Notes under the pieces: model-generated | Database searches by the model: none | What the model was told of the DNA's origin: nothing | The model's input: the letters and a program-made list of their open reading frames with translations, nothing else | NCBI RefSeq assembly: GCF_006345805.1 | Contig: NC_042997.1 | Location: 171,306,001 to 171,370,000 of the forward strand | Direction of reading: 5' to 3' | DNA length: 64,000 nucleotides | DNA from: Octopus sinensis | Taxonomy: Eukaryota | Translations under genes and position numbers: made by a program | Shown here: positions 1 to 12,345 of the stretch, one piece after another | Position numbering within the stretch: the stretch's first letter is position 1 | Layout: the number at the start of each line of letters is the position of its first letter

Positions 1-225
1 TTGCAAGATTCTCTATGTGAGTTTGTGTGTTGAAGCATATTCTGTTGTATCTGGGGAGAGTCATTTTCTTTTTGTGCCTTATAATTTAAATGCAACTTTT
101 CAATAGTCTTGACCTGCAAGATGCAACGAAAATTTTAGGAAAATAAAATAAGTGGAAATTTTACTGATGAGTGTGTTAAATTATAAGGCACAAAAAGAAA
201 ATAACTCTCCCCAGACACAACAGTA
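1..225. repeat. Fold-back inverted-repeat element (arms ~42-89 and ~176-223), same family as 48776-49040
   Basis: ctggggagagtcattttctttttgtgccttataatttaa is the reverse complement of ttaaattataaggcacaaaaagaaaataactctccccag; near-identical sequence recurs at 48.8-49.0 kb. Confidence 0.8.
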
Positions 226-1019
226 TAAGTCATTACGTATCATAAAACTAGAACAGTTCCTTTTGATTCATTTTTACATCCATCTTTCCATGCTAGCATG
301 GGTTAGATGAATATATTATTGACAAATTGTTTTACAGTCACTGTCCCTTACCTGTTTTTCGAATTGGGGATCTTTCGTTCTACTGCATTATGTAGTCATG
401 GATACATTGAGAAATCAACATGATGGCCATGGCTGAAAAACTTTTGATCAAAAGTCTGCATGATCTAGTCTGACCAATATGTTATAGAATTGGCCAACAG
501 TGATTCAAAGTTCAGAATCTAACAACAATGCATAACAGATTTAGTCTGAAGAACAGAAATGGCTAAAAGTGATTCAGAATTCAGAATCTAACCAAATTTG
601 GGACTTTAAAAATTTCTAATCCCTCAGAAAGAAAACAACAGCTGTTCAAATAAGTATTTACAACTATACTCTACCTTTTCAATGGTTAATAACTATGCTC
701 CTTTAGGTTGTAAAGTCTAAATACTGTGACATCATTAGGTCAGTACATAGCTTCAAACACAACAACACATGAACCAGGGTCGGAGCTTCTATATTCTTAT
801 CCATTGTAGTTCAAATCTCCCTCAAGCCACACGTTTCAAAATTATTAATATTAATATTATTTGTGCCTTGCAACCATATGGCTCTGGTTTCAATCCCAGT
901 TTGGGACACTTTTAGTGTTGTCTCAGGTTGACCAATATCTTTTCGATAAAATTTACTAAGAAGCCTATTGCGTGCATGCATGTGTGTGTGTGTATGTGCG
1001 TGAGTGTGTGCATGTCTGT

Positions 1020-1432
1020 TTGCATTTATTTCTTATTTCTTTACTGCCCACAAGGGGCTACACACAGAGGAAACAAACAAGGACAAACAAACGGATTAAG
1101 TCGATTATATTGACCCCAATGTGTAACTGGTACTTATTTAATCTACCCCAAAAGGATGAAAGGCAAGGTCGACCTCAGCAGAATTTGAACACAGAATGTA
1201 GCGACAGATGAAATACCTATTTCTTTACTACCCACAAGGGGCTAAACACAGAAGGGACAAACGGATTAAGTCGATTATATTGACCCCAATGCGTAACTGG
1301 TACTTATTTAATCGACCCCGAAAGGATGAAAGGCAAAGTCAACCTCGGCGAAATTTGAACTCAGAACGTAGCGGCAGATGAAATACCGCTAAGCATTTCG
1401 CCCAGCGTGCTAATGTTTCTGCCAGCTTCCAT
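1020..1432 (-). mobile_element. SINE family A copy with a tandemly duplicated 3' half
   Basis: Block tatttctttactgcccacaaggggcta...gattaagtcgattatattgaccccaatg...aaggatgaaaggcaaggtcgacctc occurs twice (about 1030-1210 and 1215-1370); same family at 34020-34510. Confidence 0.8.
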
Positions 1433-2057
1433 TTATGAATACATAAGACTGATGTCTGTTTTGTATTTAGGCCATTGCCACAATTGATAATTCTGAAAAT
1501 ACGAAGAGGAAAAATTACAATAATGCAACAGTATAAACGTAAAACTAGAACACAATACAGAATCAAACACAATATTCTCTATGCTCATCCCTGCCACTAG
1601 TAGTATTTCTGATAAAGTGAATTTAAATAAAAGCAATGACTTAAAAATTATTATCACCATCATCATCATTGCTTTAATGTCTCCCTTTCCACGATTGCAT
1701 GGATTAGATGAAGATTATTGGGGCAGATTTTTCTATGATTGGATACCCTTCCTGTCACAAACCCTCACCTATTTCCAAGCAAACTAATGTTTCCTTGTGG
1801 CCAGACCTGTTTTCACAAAATATTAGAAATGAATGGATATTGCTTGTATGACAGTGATGCTCATTTACAATGATTATGTGATGTCAAGACAAGGAGATAC
1901 ACATTCAGACACAATCTTGGGGTTAATTTGTTCGACTGAAACCCTTCAAGGCAGTGCTCCAGTATGGCCATAGTCAAATGACTGGAACAAGTAAAGAATA
2001 AAGGAATGCATGCAAATAATGATAAAGATATATTTATATATGGTGATGAAATGAGGA

Positions 2058-2420
2058 TATATCATCATCATCATCATTTAACGTCGGTCTTCCATGCTAG
2101 CATGGGTGGGATGGTACCACAGAGCCAGCCAAGCCAAAGCCTGCACCTGCCTTCTGTGTCTGTTTTGGCAGGATTTTTACAGTTGGATGCCCTGCCTAAC
2201 ACTGACCACTCAGCAGAGTGGACTTGGTGCATATTATGTGGCACAAGCACAGGTGAGGTGAGTAGTGCTTTTTATGTGGTACAAGCACAGGTAAGATCTA
2301 TTTTGGCAAGGTTTTTACAGCTGGATGCCCTTCTGAAAACCAACCACTTTACAGTATGGATTGGCTGCTTTTAAGTGGCACCTGCACTGACAGACTCACC
2401 AAGTATTTGCAAGACATTAA
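2058..2420 (-). mobile_element. 5'-truncated RTE LINE 3' tail with (GAT)n end
   Basis: catcatcatcatttaacgtcggtcttccatgctagcatggg...cagttggatgccctgcctaac matches the 3' end of the RTE at 25031-25200. Confidence 0.75.
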
Positions 2421-2539
2421 AAATTTTAAAAAATTCTAAGAGGGGAGGAGGCATTGCAGGTGGTGATGATGAAAAGGTTATAGTGAGACTGATATAGGTG
2501 TCTTGCTGTAGAGTAAGTACACGGTTACCCAGCCAGAGA

Positions 2540-3075
2540 GGGGGGGAGGGAGAGAAGAGAGAGAGAGAGAGAGAGATCTGGAATGAAGACAGAAACAGGT
2601 GTGCTACCGCAAAGAAACTATAGAGTTGCCCAACCAGAGGGTGGTGCAGGAGGAGAGAGAGTGGGAGATAGCAGGATAGAGATGGTGGCAAAATGCTGGA
2701 CATACAAGGAATGGTGATTAGAATATAAATGGCCAGTGGTCACGTGAGAAGGAAGAGAAGAGAGAGAAAAAGAGGAGCAAAGGAATTAAGGAGGGGGAGA
2801 AGAGAGAGGAAAAGAGAAACAAAGGAATTAAGGGGGAGAGAAGAGAGAGAAAAAGAGGAACAAGGAATTAAGGAGGGGGAGAAAAGGAGGATTGGCAAGA
2901 AAAAAGAAAGACAGGGACAGTGAAGTGCAGAGTAAGAAAGGCAAAGGAATGTGAGAGAGTGGGGGAGAGAGTGTGTTGAAGTCACAAAGTTTAGTGAAAT
3001 GTGTACTTATATAAAAGAACAAAATGTACATACACTGCTATATATATATGAAATATAAAATGGGGCAGAGAGAGA
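2540..3075. repeat. GA-rich low-complexity tract with short tandem repeats
   Basis: gagagaga runs and repeated aaggaattaaggagggggagaag units. Confidence 0.85.
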
Positions 3076-3147
3076 GAGAGAAAAAACAAGCCTCTTTCAG
3101 TTTCTTTCTATCAAATCCACTTGTGTGAATAGCCTGGGGCTATATTA

Positions 3148-3335
3148 TGAGTGGATGCTGAAAAGTTCCTGGCTTTAGGGGTATTGCAAAAGGCCTATTT
3201 GGTGGTCCAACTTTCAAGGACCCCTGCAATAATTGTGTGAATCTGAGAGGGAAATATGTTGAATAAAATCATAATTAACTGATTCTCCTGTATTTTCTTA
3301 TACCGAAAGCTAGGAACTTTTCAGCACTCCCTTGT
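3148..3335. mobile_element. Mariner-type MITE
   Basis: Terminal inverted repeats gatgctgaaaagttcctggcttt / aaagctaggaacttttcagcactc; no coding capacity. Confidence 0.7.
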
Positions 3336-3808
3336 GGAAGACACCCAAGATTTATACTTAGAAAGAATCCTATCAGGTAGGGTTTTTTTTTTATCATAAT
3401 AGTAGAAAGTTGCTTCTAGTAATGTTTGTACTGGTTCATTTTGAGGAAGAGTACACTTGGCTTAGAGTGCTCACTGTTGAACAGCAGATAGTTCTCGACT
3501 GTCTTCATGAATTTGCTGATTTTGATATTAGTCAGCATTTGTTCTATTAATTATGACAGAATTCTCTAAGGCGTTTGAGTCACAACAAGAATGGAATTTA
3601 AGAACATTGCTGAATTGTTAAAGTAAAGTTTTATTCTGACTTTGTATATTTGATTTCAACAGGCAGTAGTCTAGACCAGTCTTTATATACTTAAGATTAG
3701 AGCCTAAAGAGAATTGCATTTAGTAAAATTGAGAGAGGATGTAAAACTCTGCTGTCTCTCTTTAATTTCTCCCCTCACCATGACCTGTTGCTGTAACATT
3801 AAAACATG

Positions 3809-4428
3809 AATCGACCTTGCTTGCCAAGCCTTCAACTGACTCAATGCACAACTCTGGTCAAGATCTGAGATCCGACGCACCACCAAAGTACGGATCTACT
3901 AAGCAAGAGTGCGAATGATTCTCCTTTACGGCAGCAAGTCATGGCCAATGAGGGTGGAAGATATTAAGCGACTAGAATCCTTCAATCACCTCTGTCTATG
4001 CTGCATCCTTCAGGTCCGATGGCATCACTTTGTCTCCAACAATTCAGTGCGACACCAGTGCAAAATCACTGCCCTCTAACACGTCATCCTAATGAGACGT
4101 CTGCATTGGCTGGGTCATGCCCTCTGTTGTCAACCAGGAGAGTTCCTCTATGAAGCAATTGCCCCAGCTCCCCTTCAAGGTTGGCGAAACCGATGTGGTG
4201 GACAACGAAAAACCTGACTGATGACAGTCAAGGCTGATCTGGAACCCAACCTAGGCCCCCATATCTACAGCATTCGCCGCTGGAATAAGGAGTGGCTGGA
4301 GATCACGCGGTTGTTAGTCTCAAATCGCCAGGTCTGGTTGGTGTTTGTGAGAGATGCAGCATTGAGGATGAATGAAGCCAGCTCAACCCATCCTGGGTGA
4401 ATGCTGTCTCAAGACAAGAAAAGAAGAA
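3809..4428 (+). mobile_element. Decayed RTE-clade LINE 3' fragment (RT C-terminus)
   Basis: Conceptual translation ...LWSRSEIRRTTKVRIY...ILLYGSKSWPMRVEDIKRLESFNHLCL...RRLHWLGHAL..., typical of RTE ORF2, with stops; caagacaagaaaagaagaa tail. Confidence 0.85.
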
Positions 4429-4586
4429 TTTCTCCCCTCTCAATTTTTTCCTGTGGATTTTTCCTTTTCTCATGGCAAGTTTTTTGCAGTATTTTCTTCT
4501 GGTACATAGGAATATGAACGTGCCATCACAACAACTACCATGTTCTGTGTGGGGGTCAAGGTGTGTGGCGGCTTCATGTCAAGTGA

Positions 4587-4860
4587 AGGCATATGGCCTA
4601 GTGGTTAGGTTGTTGCACTCACAATCACTAGATCGTGAGTTCAATTCCCAGACCAGACAACACATTGTGTTCTTGAGCAAAACATTTCATTTCATGTTGC
4701 TCTAGTCCTCCTTTCAATCAGGGGGAATGTCACCTTTTTTGCTTGTTCACCTTGCCAGTGAGGTGGCATCATTTGAAAACTAAAACCCATGAAAATGTGC
4801 ATTGTGACCAGGAATGTGTAACATCTGATAGCCTGGTCAGTCATATGATCACGTGACATA
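4587..4860 (+). mobile_element. tRNA-derived SINE family B copy (decayed)
   Basis: A/B-box head ggcatatggcctagtggttagg...gagttcaattccc; body shared with 59990-60225 and 24060-24405. Confidence 0.7.
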
Positions 4861-5309
4861 GAAATATACTTTTCTAATAAATTCCAGTTATTTAATTAAT
4901 TCTTTCAGAGCTGGCATGATAGTTAGTGTTGGACAAAACGCATAGCAGAATTTCTTTCGGCTCCTTACGTTCCAAGCTCATCATTTTGGTGTTGACAAAA
5001 TAATTACCATTTGAGCATGTAATCAGCTTGCCCACTACCCTCAAAATTGCTGGTCTTGTGCCAAAATATGAATTATATTAATCAAATCAATTTATCCTAG
5101 GATCTATCTATTGATTTTGTTATCTGTTATCTCTAATAAATAGGGGTTGTTTAATATCTACCAAAAGTTGTTAAGCTATTTTTCAAGTGCCACTTGCAGA
5201 GAGCTTCTTCCTTTGAAGAAAGTATTTCTTGCTATATTTTATGAGATGTGTGTTTGCCAAGCTATATAGACCTGAAATCCTTTATTATGGCCATATATGC
5301 TCTCCACTA

Positions 5310-5580
5310 GTAACATTTTGGTGGCATGTAAAAAGCACCAACCGATTGTGGCCATTGCCAGCCTTGCCTGGCACCTGTGCCGGTGGCGTGCAAAAAGCAC
5401 CCATTACACTCACGGAGTGGTTGGCATTAGGAAGGGCATCCAGCTGTAGAAACACTGCCAGATTAGACTGGGCCTGGCGCAGCCTCCTGGCTTCCCAGAC
5501 CCCGGTCAAACCGTCTAACCCATGCTAGCATGGAAAGCAGACGTTAAACGATGATGATGATGATGATGATAATGATGATG
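5310..5580 (+). mobile_element. RTE LINE 3' tail with (GAT)n end
   Basis: ...ggaagggcatccagctgtagaaacactgccag...catgctagcatggaaagcagacgttaaacgatgatgatg; similar tails at about 14580-14690, 23280-23600, 28340-28625, 28785-29100, 35020-35330, 39230-39510, 48125-48330, 49258-49625, 50155-50400, 56085-56210. Confidence 0.8.
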
Positions 5581-5834
5581 TATTGCAATATTAAAGCGTA
5601 TTTATTTGGAAGGCATATGTATCTGATTCACAACTTGGTCTGTTGTTATCTGTGATAAAATATTTTAATTTCTCCACCTTACTTCAGCCTGGTAGTTGCT
5701 GTGTGGGAAAGAAAGTGAGAAAAAGTGTAGATGAACAGCCTAAAATTTAAAGAAATCTGTTGTTGATGAGATTGAACTCAGCTTCATTATCAGATAATAT
5801 TTCATTACATATTCCATTTATGACAAAGGTTCAG

Positions 5835-6595
5835 TATAAATTTTTAATTAGGCTTTTGGCACCATCTTTTATCTTGTTTCAGTCAATAGACTGTGGCCAT
5901 GCTGGGGCACTGTCTCGAAGAATTTTAGTTAAAGGAATTGACCCCAATAATTATTTTTTAAAAGCTGGTACTTATTCTATCAGTAACTTTTGCTGAACTA
6001 CTATGTTACATAGTTGTAAAGACACCAACACTGGTTGTCTAGTATTGGGCTGAGCAAGAGGGGGTTGGGGCAAATGCAGACACACACACACTCACAAACA
6101 CAGACAGACAGACACACACACACACACACACACATGATGGGCTTCTTTCATATTCCATCTACCAGATCCACTCACAAGACTTTGGTTGGTTCAAGGCTAT
6201 AGTGTAAGGCACTTACCCAAGTTGTCACACAGTGGGATTGTGGAGGCACATGGCCTAGTGGTTAGAGCAGCAGACTTGTGGTTGAGGGATCACGGGATCG
6301 AATCTCAGACCGGGCGATGTGTGTGTTTATGAGCGAAACACCTAAGCTCCACGCAGCTCTGGCAGAAGGTAATGGCGAACTTCTGCTGGCTCTTTTCTCT
6401 CACTCTTTCCTCCTGTATCTTGCAGCTCATCTGTGACGGACCGGTGTCCCATCCAGGTGGGGAACCTATACACCGAGGAAACCAGGAAACCGGCCCTTAT
6501 GAGCCAGGGATGGCTTGAGAAGGAACAACAACACAGTGGGAGCGAACCCAGTGGCATGTAGATTGGAAGCGATCTTCTGACCACACAGCCACACT
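5835..6595 (-). mobile_element. tRNA-derived SINE family C, interrupted by a family B insertion
   Basis: Family C body (gactgtggccatgctgg...tacttattctatcag...gggcttctttca) continues on both sides of the 6238-6530 insert. Confidence 0.75.
6238..6530 (+). mobile_element. tRNA-derived SINE family B with 11-bp TSD
   Basis: Head gtggaggcacatggcctagtggttagagc...ggatcgaatctc; tail gagaaggaacaaca; TSD acacagtggga at 6227-6237 and 6531-6541. Confidence 0.9.
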
Positions 6596-7247
6596 TGATT
6601 TTTTTTTCTATGACTGTCAATGAAGACTAGGCATAATGAAACTATTCCTAGACATGTCTTTATTTTGTGAGACTAATTTGCTTGAACAGATGCAGGCATG
6701 GTTGTGTGATTAAGACGCTTGCTTTGCCACCATGTGCAAAGAAGCAATATTTACCCAAAACAGTGGAACTGAATTCAAAACTACACGGTTGCAAAGTGAG
6801 GTTCTTAATCACACAGCAATGCCTGACTTATTTAAAAAGACGTATCTTAACTCATATCTTAACTAACTAGAATTTGTATAGCAGCTGTTGTAAAAAGAGA
6901 TTTGTCTGCCAATTTTACAACAAAAAGATTGTTTCAAAATAATAATAATGATGATGGACTCACCTGTCAAAGACAACATATGAGTGATCACCTTTTGTTT
7001 TGCCAAATGACCTGCACAAATGATTTGTTTATAGTGATCAAATGTATGTGCCATATATTAGCTTACTCTCTCCATTGGCTGAACAGGTGCAAGGTGTACC
7101 TTGTGTCAGGTGTCAAAGTGATTGCAGAGCAATATGAGATGAAATGTTTTGCTCAAAAACACAACACACTACCCAGTATAGGAACTGAAACTATAATCTC
7201 ATGATTGCGAGTGCAACACCCTAACCACGAGACCATGCATACTCACT

Positions 7248-7330
7248 CATAATGATAATAATAATATTAATAATAATATTAATAATAATAATAATAATAA
7301 TAATAATGATAATAATAATAATAATAATAT
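7248..7330. repeat. (AAT)n microsatellite
   Basis: Direct inspection. Confidence 0.95.
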
Positions 7331-7731
7331 GGAATAACAACAGAAAAAAGATGGTATAGGCACACACCAGAAAAGGTCACAGAAAATGAGAAAGCAACCA
7401 TACTGTGGGATATGCCAATACACACAGATAGAGAAATTAAGGCCAACAGGCCAGATATAGTTGTCAGAGATCATGAAGAAAAAAATGCTTTCTAATTGAT
7501 GTATCAATACTAGCAGATGACAATGTGTCTCTAAAAGAAATGGAGAAACTTTCAAAATACAAAGACCTGGAAATAGAGATAACTTGAATGTGGAATCTAA
7601 AAACAGAAACAATTCCTATCAAAGTAGGCATATTAGGTATGATAAAAAATATTCAGACAAATACATAACAAAAACACCAGGACTCACAAACACATATAAC
7701 ATACAGAAAATTGCACTACTGGGCACTGCAC
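7331..7731 (+). mobile_element. R4/Dong-like non-LTR retrotransposon fragment (restriction-like endonuclease domain)
   Basis: Translation WYRHTPEKVTENEKATILWDMPIHTDREIKANRPDIVVRDHEEK/CFLIDVS...KEMEKLSKYKDLEIEIT*MWNLKTETIPIKVG; RPD...D...EK..KY..L pattern of REL endonucleases; one frameshift and stops. Confidence 0.85.
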
Positions 7732-8514
7732 TTAGCGGTTCGGCAAAAGAGACTGATAGAATAAGTACTAGGCTTACAAATATAAGTCCTGGGGTCGATT
7801 TGCTCAACTAAAGGTGGTGCTCCAGCATGGCCACAGTCACATGACTGAAACAAGTAAAAGAGTATAAGAGTAAAAGAGGTGTTTTATAATCCATCATTTT
7901 AATAAATGGCTGAGTCTGATTTAAGCAGTCTTTGGAATGGTTGAATATTACAGACCACATTAAATGCATATGAAACGTAGCGAACATGTTCAAATTATGA
8001 GCATATGTCAGTAACAGTTATGGTAATTCTACTTGTAATTGCTAAATGACGGACATTATTTGGTGCTGCTTCAAAACCCATAAACTTCCTGACTTCAGGA
8101 AATATAAACTTTGCAGGATCAAGTGTTATGCAGTGTTTGCTGTTTAGATGAAGCCATTTGGAGACTCAGAAAATGTATTTTTCTCCAACTTGGTCAATGA
8201 ATCCACATGAAAACTTCTGTCACACTACACTACAAGGAAACCTCTATAAAATATCTAGGCCTGCTAGGAATAGCCCCTGACTCTCTTACAAATTGCACTT
8301 TGTTGTCTTAAGAAAAATAAAAGAAAACATTTCTTTAAAAATGTAGTTCAAAGAAAGCATTGAACTACAGTGTCCTGGATATACAAAAAAGACAGGCTGC
8401 TCACAGTTAAGATATCTTTGATCATAGATCTGTTTGACCAAGCTTGATTTAGAATTGAATAACAATTTAGTCTGTGGAGAATTAAGCAGCATACTGCTTA
8501 CAAAATAAGAATAT

Positions 8515-11500
8515 GGTTGATTCTTTGATTGTAGGTTCATTTGTTTATAGATTAAATTTGTTGATTGGTGGTTCATTTGTTTATAGATTAAATCTTTTGA
8601 TTGATGGTCCATTTGTTTATAGATTAAATTTTTTGATTGGTGGTCCATTTGTTTATAGATTAAATTTTTTTTTATTGGTGGCCCATTTGTTTATAGATTA
8701 AATTTTTTGATTGGTGGTCCATTTGTTTATAGATTAAATTTTTTGATTGGTGGTCCATTTGTTTATAGATTAAATTTTTTGATTGGTGGTCCATTTGTTT
8801 ATAGATTAAATTTTTTGATTGGTGGTCCATTTGTTTATAGATTAAATTTTTTTTTATTGGTGGCCCATTTGTTTATAGATTAAATTTTTTGATTGGTGGT
8901 CCATTTGTTTATAGATTAAATTTTTTGATTGGTGGTCCATTTGTTTATAGATTACATTTTTTGATTGGTGGTCCATTTGTTTATAGATTAATTTTTTTTT
9001 TATTGGTGGCCCATTTGTTTATAGATTAAATTTTTTGATTGGTGGTCCATTTGTTTATAGATTAAATTTTTTGATTGGTGGTCCATTTGTTTATAGATTA
9101 AATTTTTTGATTGGTGGTCCATTTGTTTATAGATTAAACCTTTTGATTGGTGGCCCATTTGTTTATAGATTAATTTTTTTGATTGGTGGTCCATTTGTTT
9201 ATAGATTAAATTTTCTGATTGGTGGTCCATTTGTTTATAGATTAAATTTTTTGATTGGTGGTCCATTTGTTTATAGATTAAATTTTTTGATTGGTGGTCC
9301 ATTTGTTTATAGATTAAATTTTTTGATTGGTGGTCCATTTGTTTATAGATAAATTTTTTTGGATTGGTGGCCCATTTGTTTATAGATTAAATTTTTTGAT
9401 TGGTGTCCATTTGTTTATAGATAATTTTTTTGGATTGGTGGCCCATTTGTTTATAGATTAAATTTTTTGATTGTGGTCCATTTGTTTATAGATTAAATTT
9501 TTTGATTGGTGGTCCATTTGTTTATAGATAATTTTTTTGGATTGGTGGTCCATTTGTTTATAGATAAATTTTTTTGGATTGGTGGCCCATTTGTTTATAG
9601 ATTAAATTTTTTGATTGGTGGTCCATTTGTTTATAGATAAATTTTTTTGGATTGGTGGTCCATTTGTTTATAGATTAAATTTGTTGATTGGTGGTTCATT
9701 TGTTTATAGATTAAATTTTTTGATTGGTGGTCCATTTGTTTATAGATAAATTTTTTTGGATTGGTGGCCCATTTGTTTATAGATTAAATTTTTTGATTGG
9801 TGGTCCATTTGTTTATAGATAAATTTTTTTGGATTGGTGGCCCATTTGTTTATAGATTAAATTTTTTGATTGGTGGTCCTTTGTTTATAGATAATTTTTT
9901 TGGATTGGTGGCCCATTTGTTTATAGATTAAATTTTTTGATTGGTGGTCCATTTGTTTATAGATAAATTTTTTTGGATTGTGGCCCATTTGTTTATAGAT
10001 TAAATTTTTTGATTGGTGGTCCATTTGTTTATAGATAATTTTTTTGGATTGGTGGCCCATTTGTTTATAGATAAATTTTTTGGATTGGTGGTCCATTTGT
10101 TTATAGATAAATTTTTTTGGATTGGTGGCCCATTTGTTTATAGATTAAATTTTTGATTGGTGGTCCATTTGTTTATAGATTAAATTTTTTGATTGGTGGT
10201 CCATTTGTTTATAGATTAAATTTTTTGATGGTGGTCCATTTGTTTATAGATAAATTTTTTTGGATTGGTGGCCCATTTGTTTATAGATTAAATTTTTTGA
10301 TTGGTGGTCCATTTGTTTATAGATAATTTTTTTGGATTGGTGGTCCATTTGTTTATAGATTAAATTTGTTGATTGGTGGTTCATTTGTTTATAGATTAAA
10401 TTTTTTGATTGGTGGTCCATTTGTTTATAGATTAAATTTTTTGATTGGTGGTCCATTTGTTTATAGATTAAATTTTTTGATTGGTGGTCCATTTGTTTAT
10501 AGATAAATTTTTTTGGATTGGTGGCCCATTTGTTTATAGATTAAATTTTTTGATTGGTGGTCCATTTGTTTATAGATAATTTTTTTTGGATTGGTGGCCC
10601 ATTTGTTTATAGATTAAATTTTTTGATTGGTGGTCCATTTGTTTATAGATAAATTTTTTTGGATTGGTGGCCCATTTGTTTATAGATTAAATTTTTTGAT
10701 TGGTGGTCCATTTGTTTATAGATAAATTTTTTTGGATTGGTGGCCCATTTGTTTATAGATTAAATTTTTTGATTGGTGGTCCATTTGTTTATAGATAATT
10801 TTTTTTGGATTGGTGGCCCATTTGTTTATAGATTAAATTTTTTGATTGGTGGTCCATTTGTTTATAGATAAATTTTTTTGGATTGGTGGCCCATTTGTTT
10901 ATAGATTAAATTTTTTGATTGGTGGTCCATTTGTTTATAGATAAATTTTTTTGGATTGGTGGCCCATTTGTTTATAGATTAAATTTTTTGATTGGTGGTC
11001 CATTTGTTTATAGATAAATTTTTTTGGATTGGTGGCCCATTTGTTTATAGATTAAATTTTTTGATTGGTGGTCCATTTGTTTATAGATTAAATTTTTTGA
11101 TTGGTGGTCCATTTGTTTATAGATTAAATTTTTTGATTGGTGGTCCATTTGTTTATAGATAAATTTTTTTGGATTGGTGGCCCATTTGTTTATAGATTAA
11201 ATTTTTTGATTGGTGGTCCATTTGTTTATAGATAAATTTTTTTGGATTGGTGGTCCATTTGTTTATAGATTAAATTTGTTGATTGGTGGTTCATTTGTTT
11301 ATAGATTAAATTTTTTGATTGGTGGTCCATTTGTTTATAGATAAATTGTTTTGGATTGGTGGCCCATTTGTTTATAGATTAAATTTTTTGATTGGTGGTC
11401 CATTTGTTTATAGATAAATTTTTTTGGATTGGTGGCCCATTTGTTTATAGATAAATTTTTTGATTGGTGGTCATTTGTTTATAGATAATTTTTTTGGATT

Positions 11501-11960
11501 GGTGGCCCATTTGTTTATAGATTAAATTTTTTGATTGGTGGTCCATTTGTTTATAGATAAATTTTTTTGGATTGGTGGCCCATTTGTTTATAGATTAAAT
11601 TTTTTGATTGGTGGTCCATTTGTTTATAGATATTTTTTTGGATTGGTGGCCCATTGTTTATAGATTAAATTTTTGATTGGTGGTCCATTTGTTTATAGAT
11701 AAATTTTTTTGGATTGGTGGTCCATTTGTTTATAGATTAAATTTGTTGATTGGTGGTTCATTTGTTTATAGATTAAATTTTTTGATTGGTGGTCCATTTG
11801 TTTATAGATAATTTTTTTGGATTGGTGGCCCATTTGTTTATAGATTAAATTTTTTGATTGGTGGTCCATTTGTTTATAGATTAAATTTTTTGATTGGTGG
11901 TCCATTTGTTTATAGATTAAATTTTTTGATTGGGGGTCCATTTGTTTATAGATTAAATTA
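8515..11960. repeat. 3.4-kb minisatellite, 36/37-bp unit (ttggtggtccatttgtttatagattaaattttttga), roughly 95 units
   Basis: Direct inspection; variants ggtcc/ggccc/ggttc and attaaa-T6-ga versus ataaa-T7-gga; unit count estimated from length. Confidence 0.98.
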
Positions 11961-12345
11961 TTCACATTCTCATACAACATTATATTTCTGGTTAAAGGAT
12001 AAATGATGCTCAAAAAATCTGACAGTCCACAGTACCCATGTGAGGAATATAGCTGAGGAATACAAAGAGGTTACCCAACACTTCAACAGTTTCTTCATCT
12101 TTGGAAGTGTTTCCAAATTGGTAGGCTAGTGATAGTCTGTAAGGATAGTCACTTGAACTGGAAAGTCAATGGTGATTTATATAGGATTGAATTGGATTCG
12201 AAAGTCAGTTCAAATAATTAAACCAACCTATGATCAAAAGTATTGCAATCATGACCATTGTTTTTTTTGTTCTTTTTGTTTCTGGAATAGTGTGCTGTGG
12301 AGTACATTATTCAGCGCATCCTTTTCTAAGATGATTGGGTGCAGT

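Noticed and set aside
6240-6315. tRNA genes at SINE heads (also 15597, 16353, 38010-38080)
   Set aside because: A/B boxes are present, but I could not fold a complete cloverleaf with an acceptor stem, and they run into SINE bodies
8515-11960. Minisatellite as a CRISPR array
   Set aside because: 36-bp units are contiguous with no spacers
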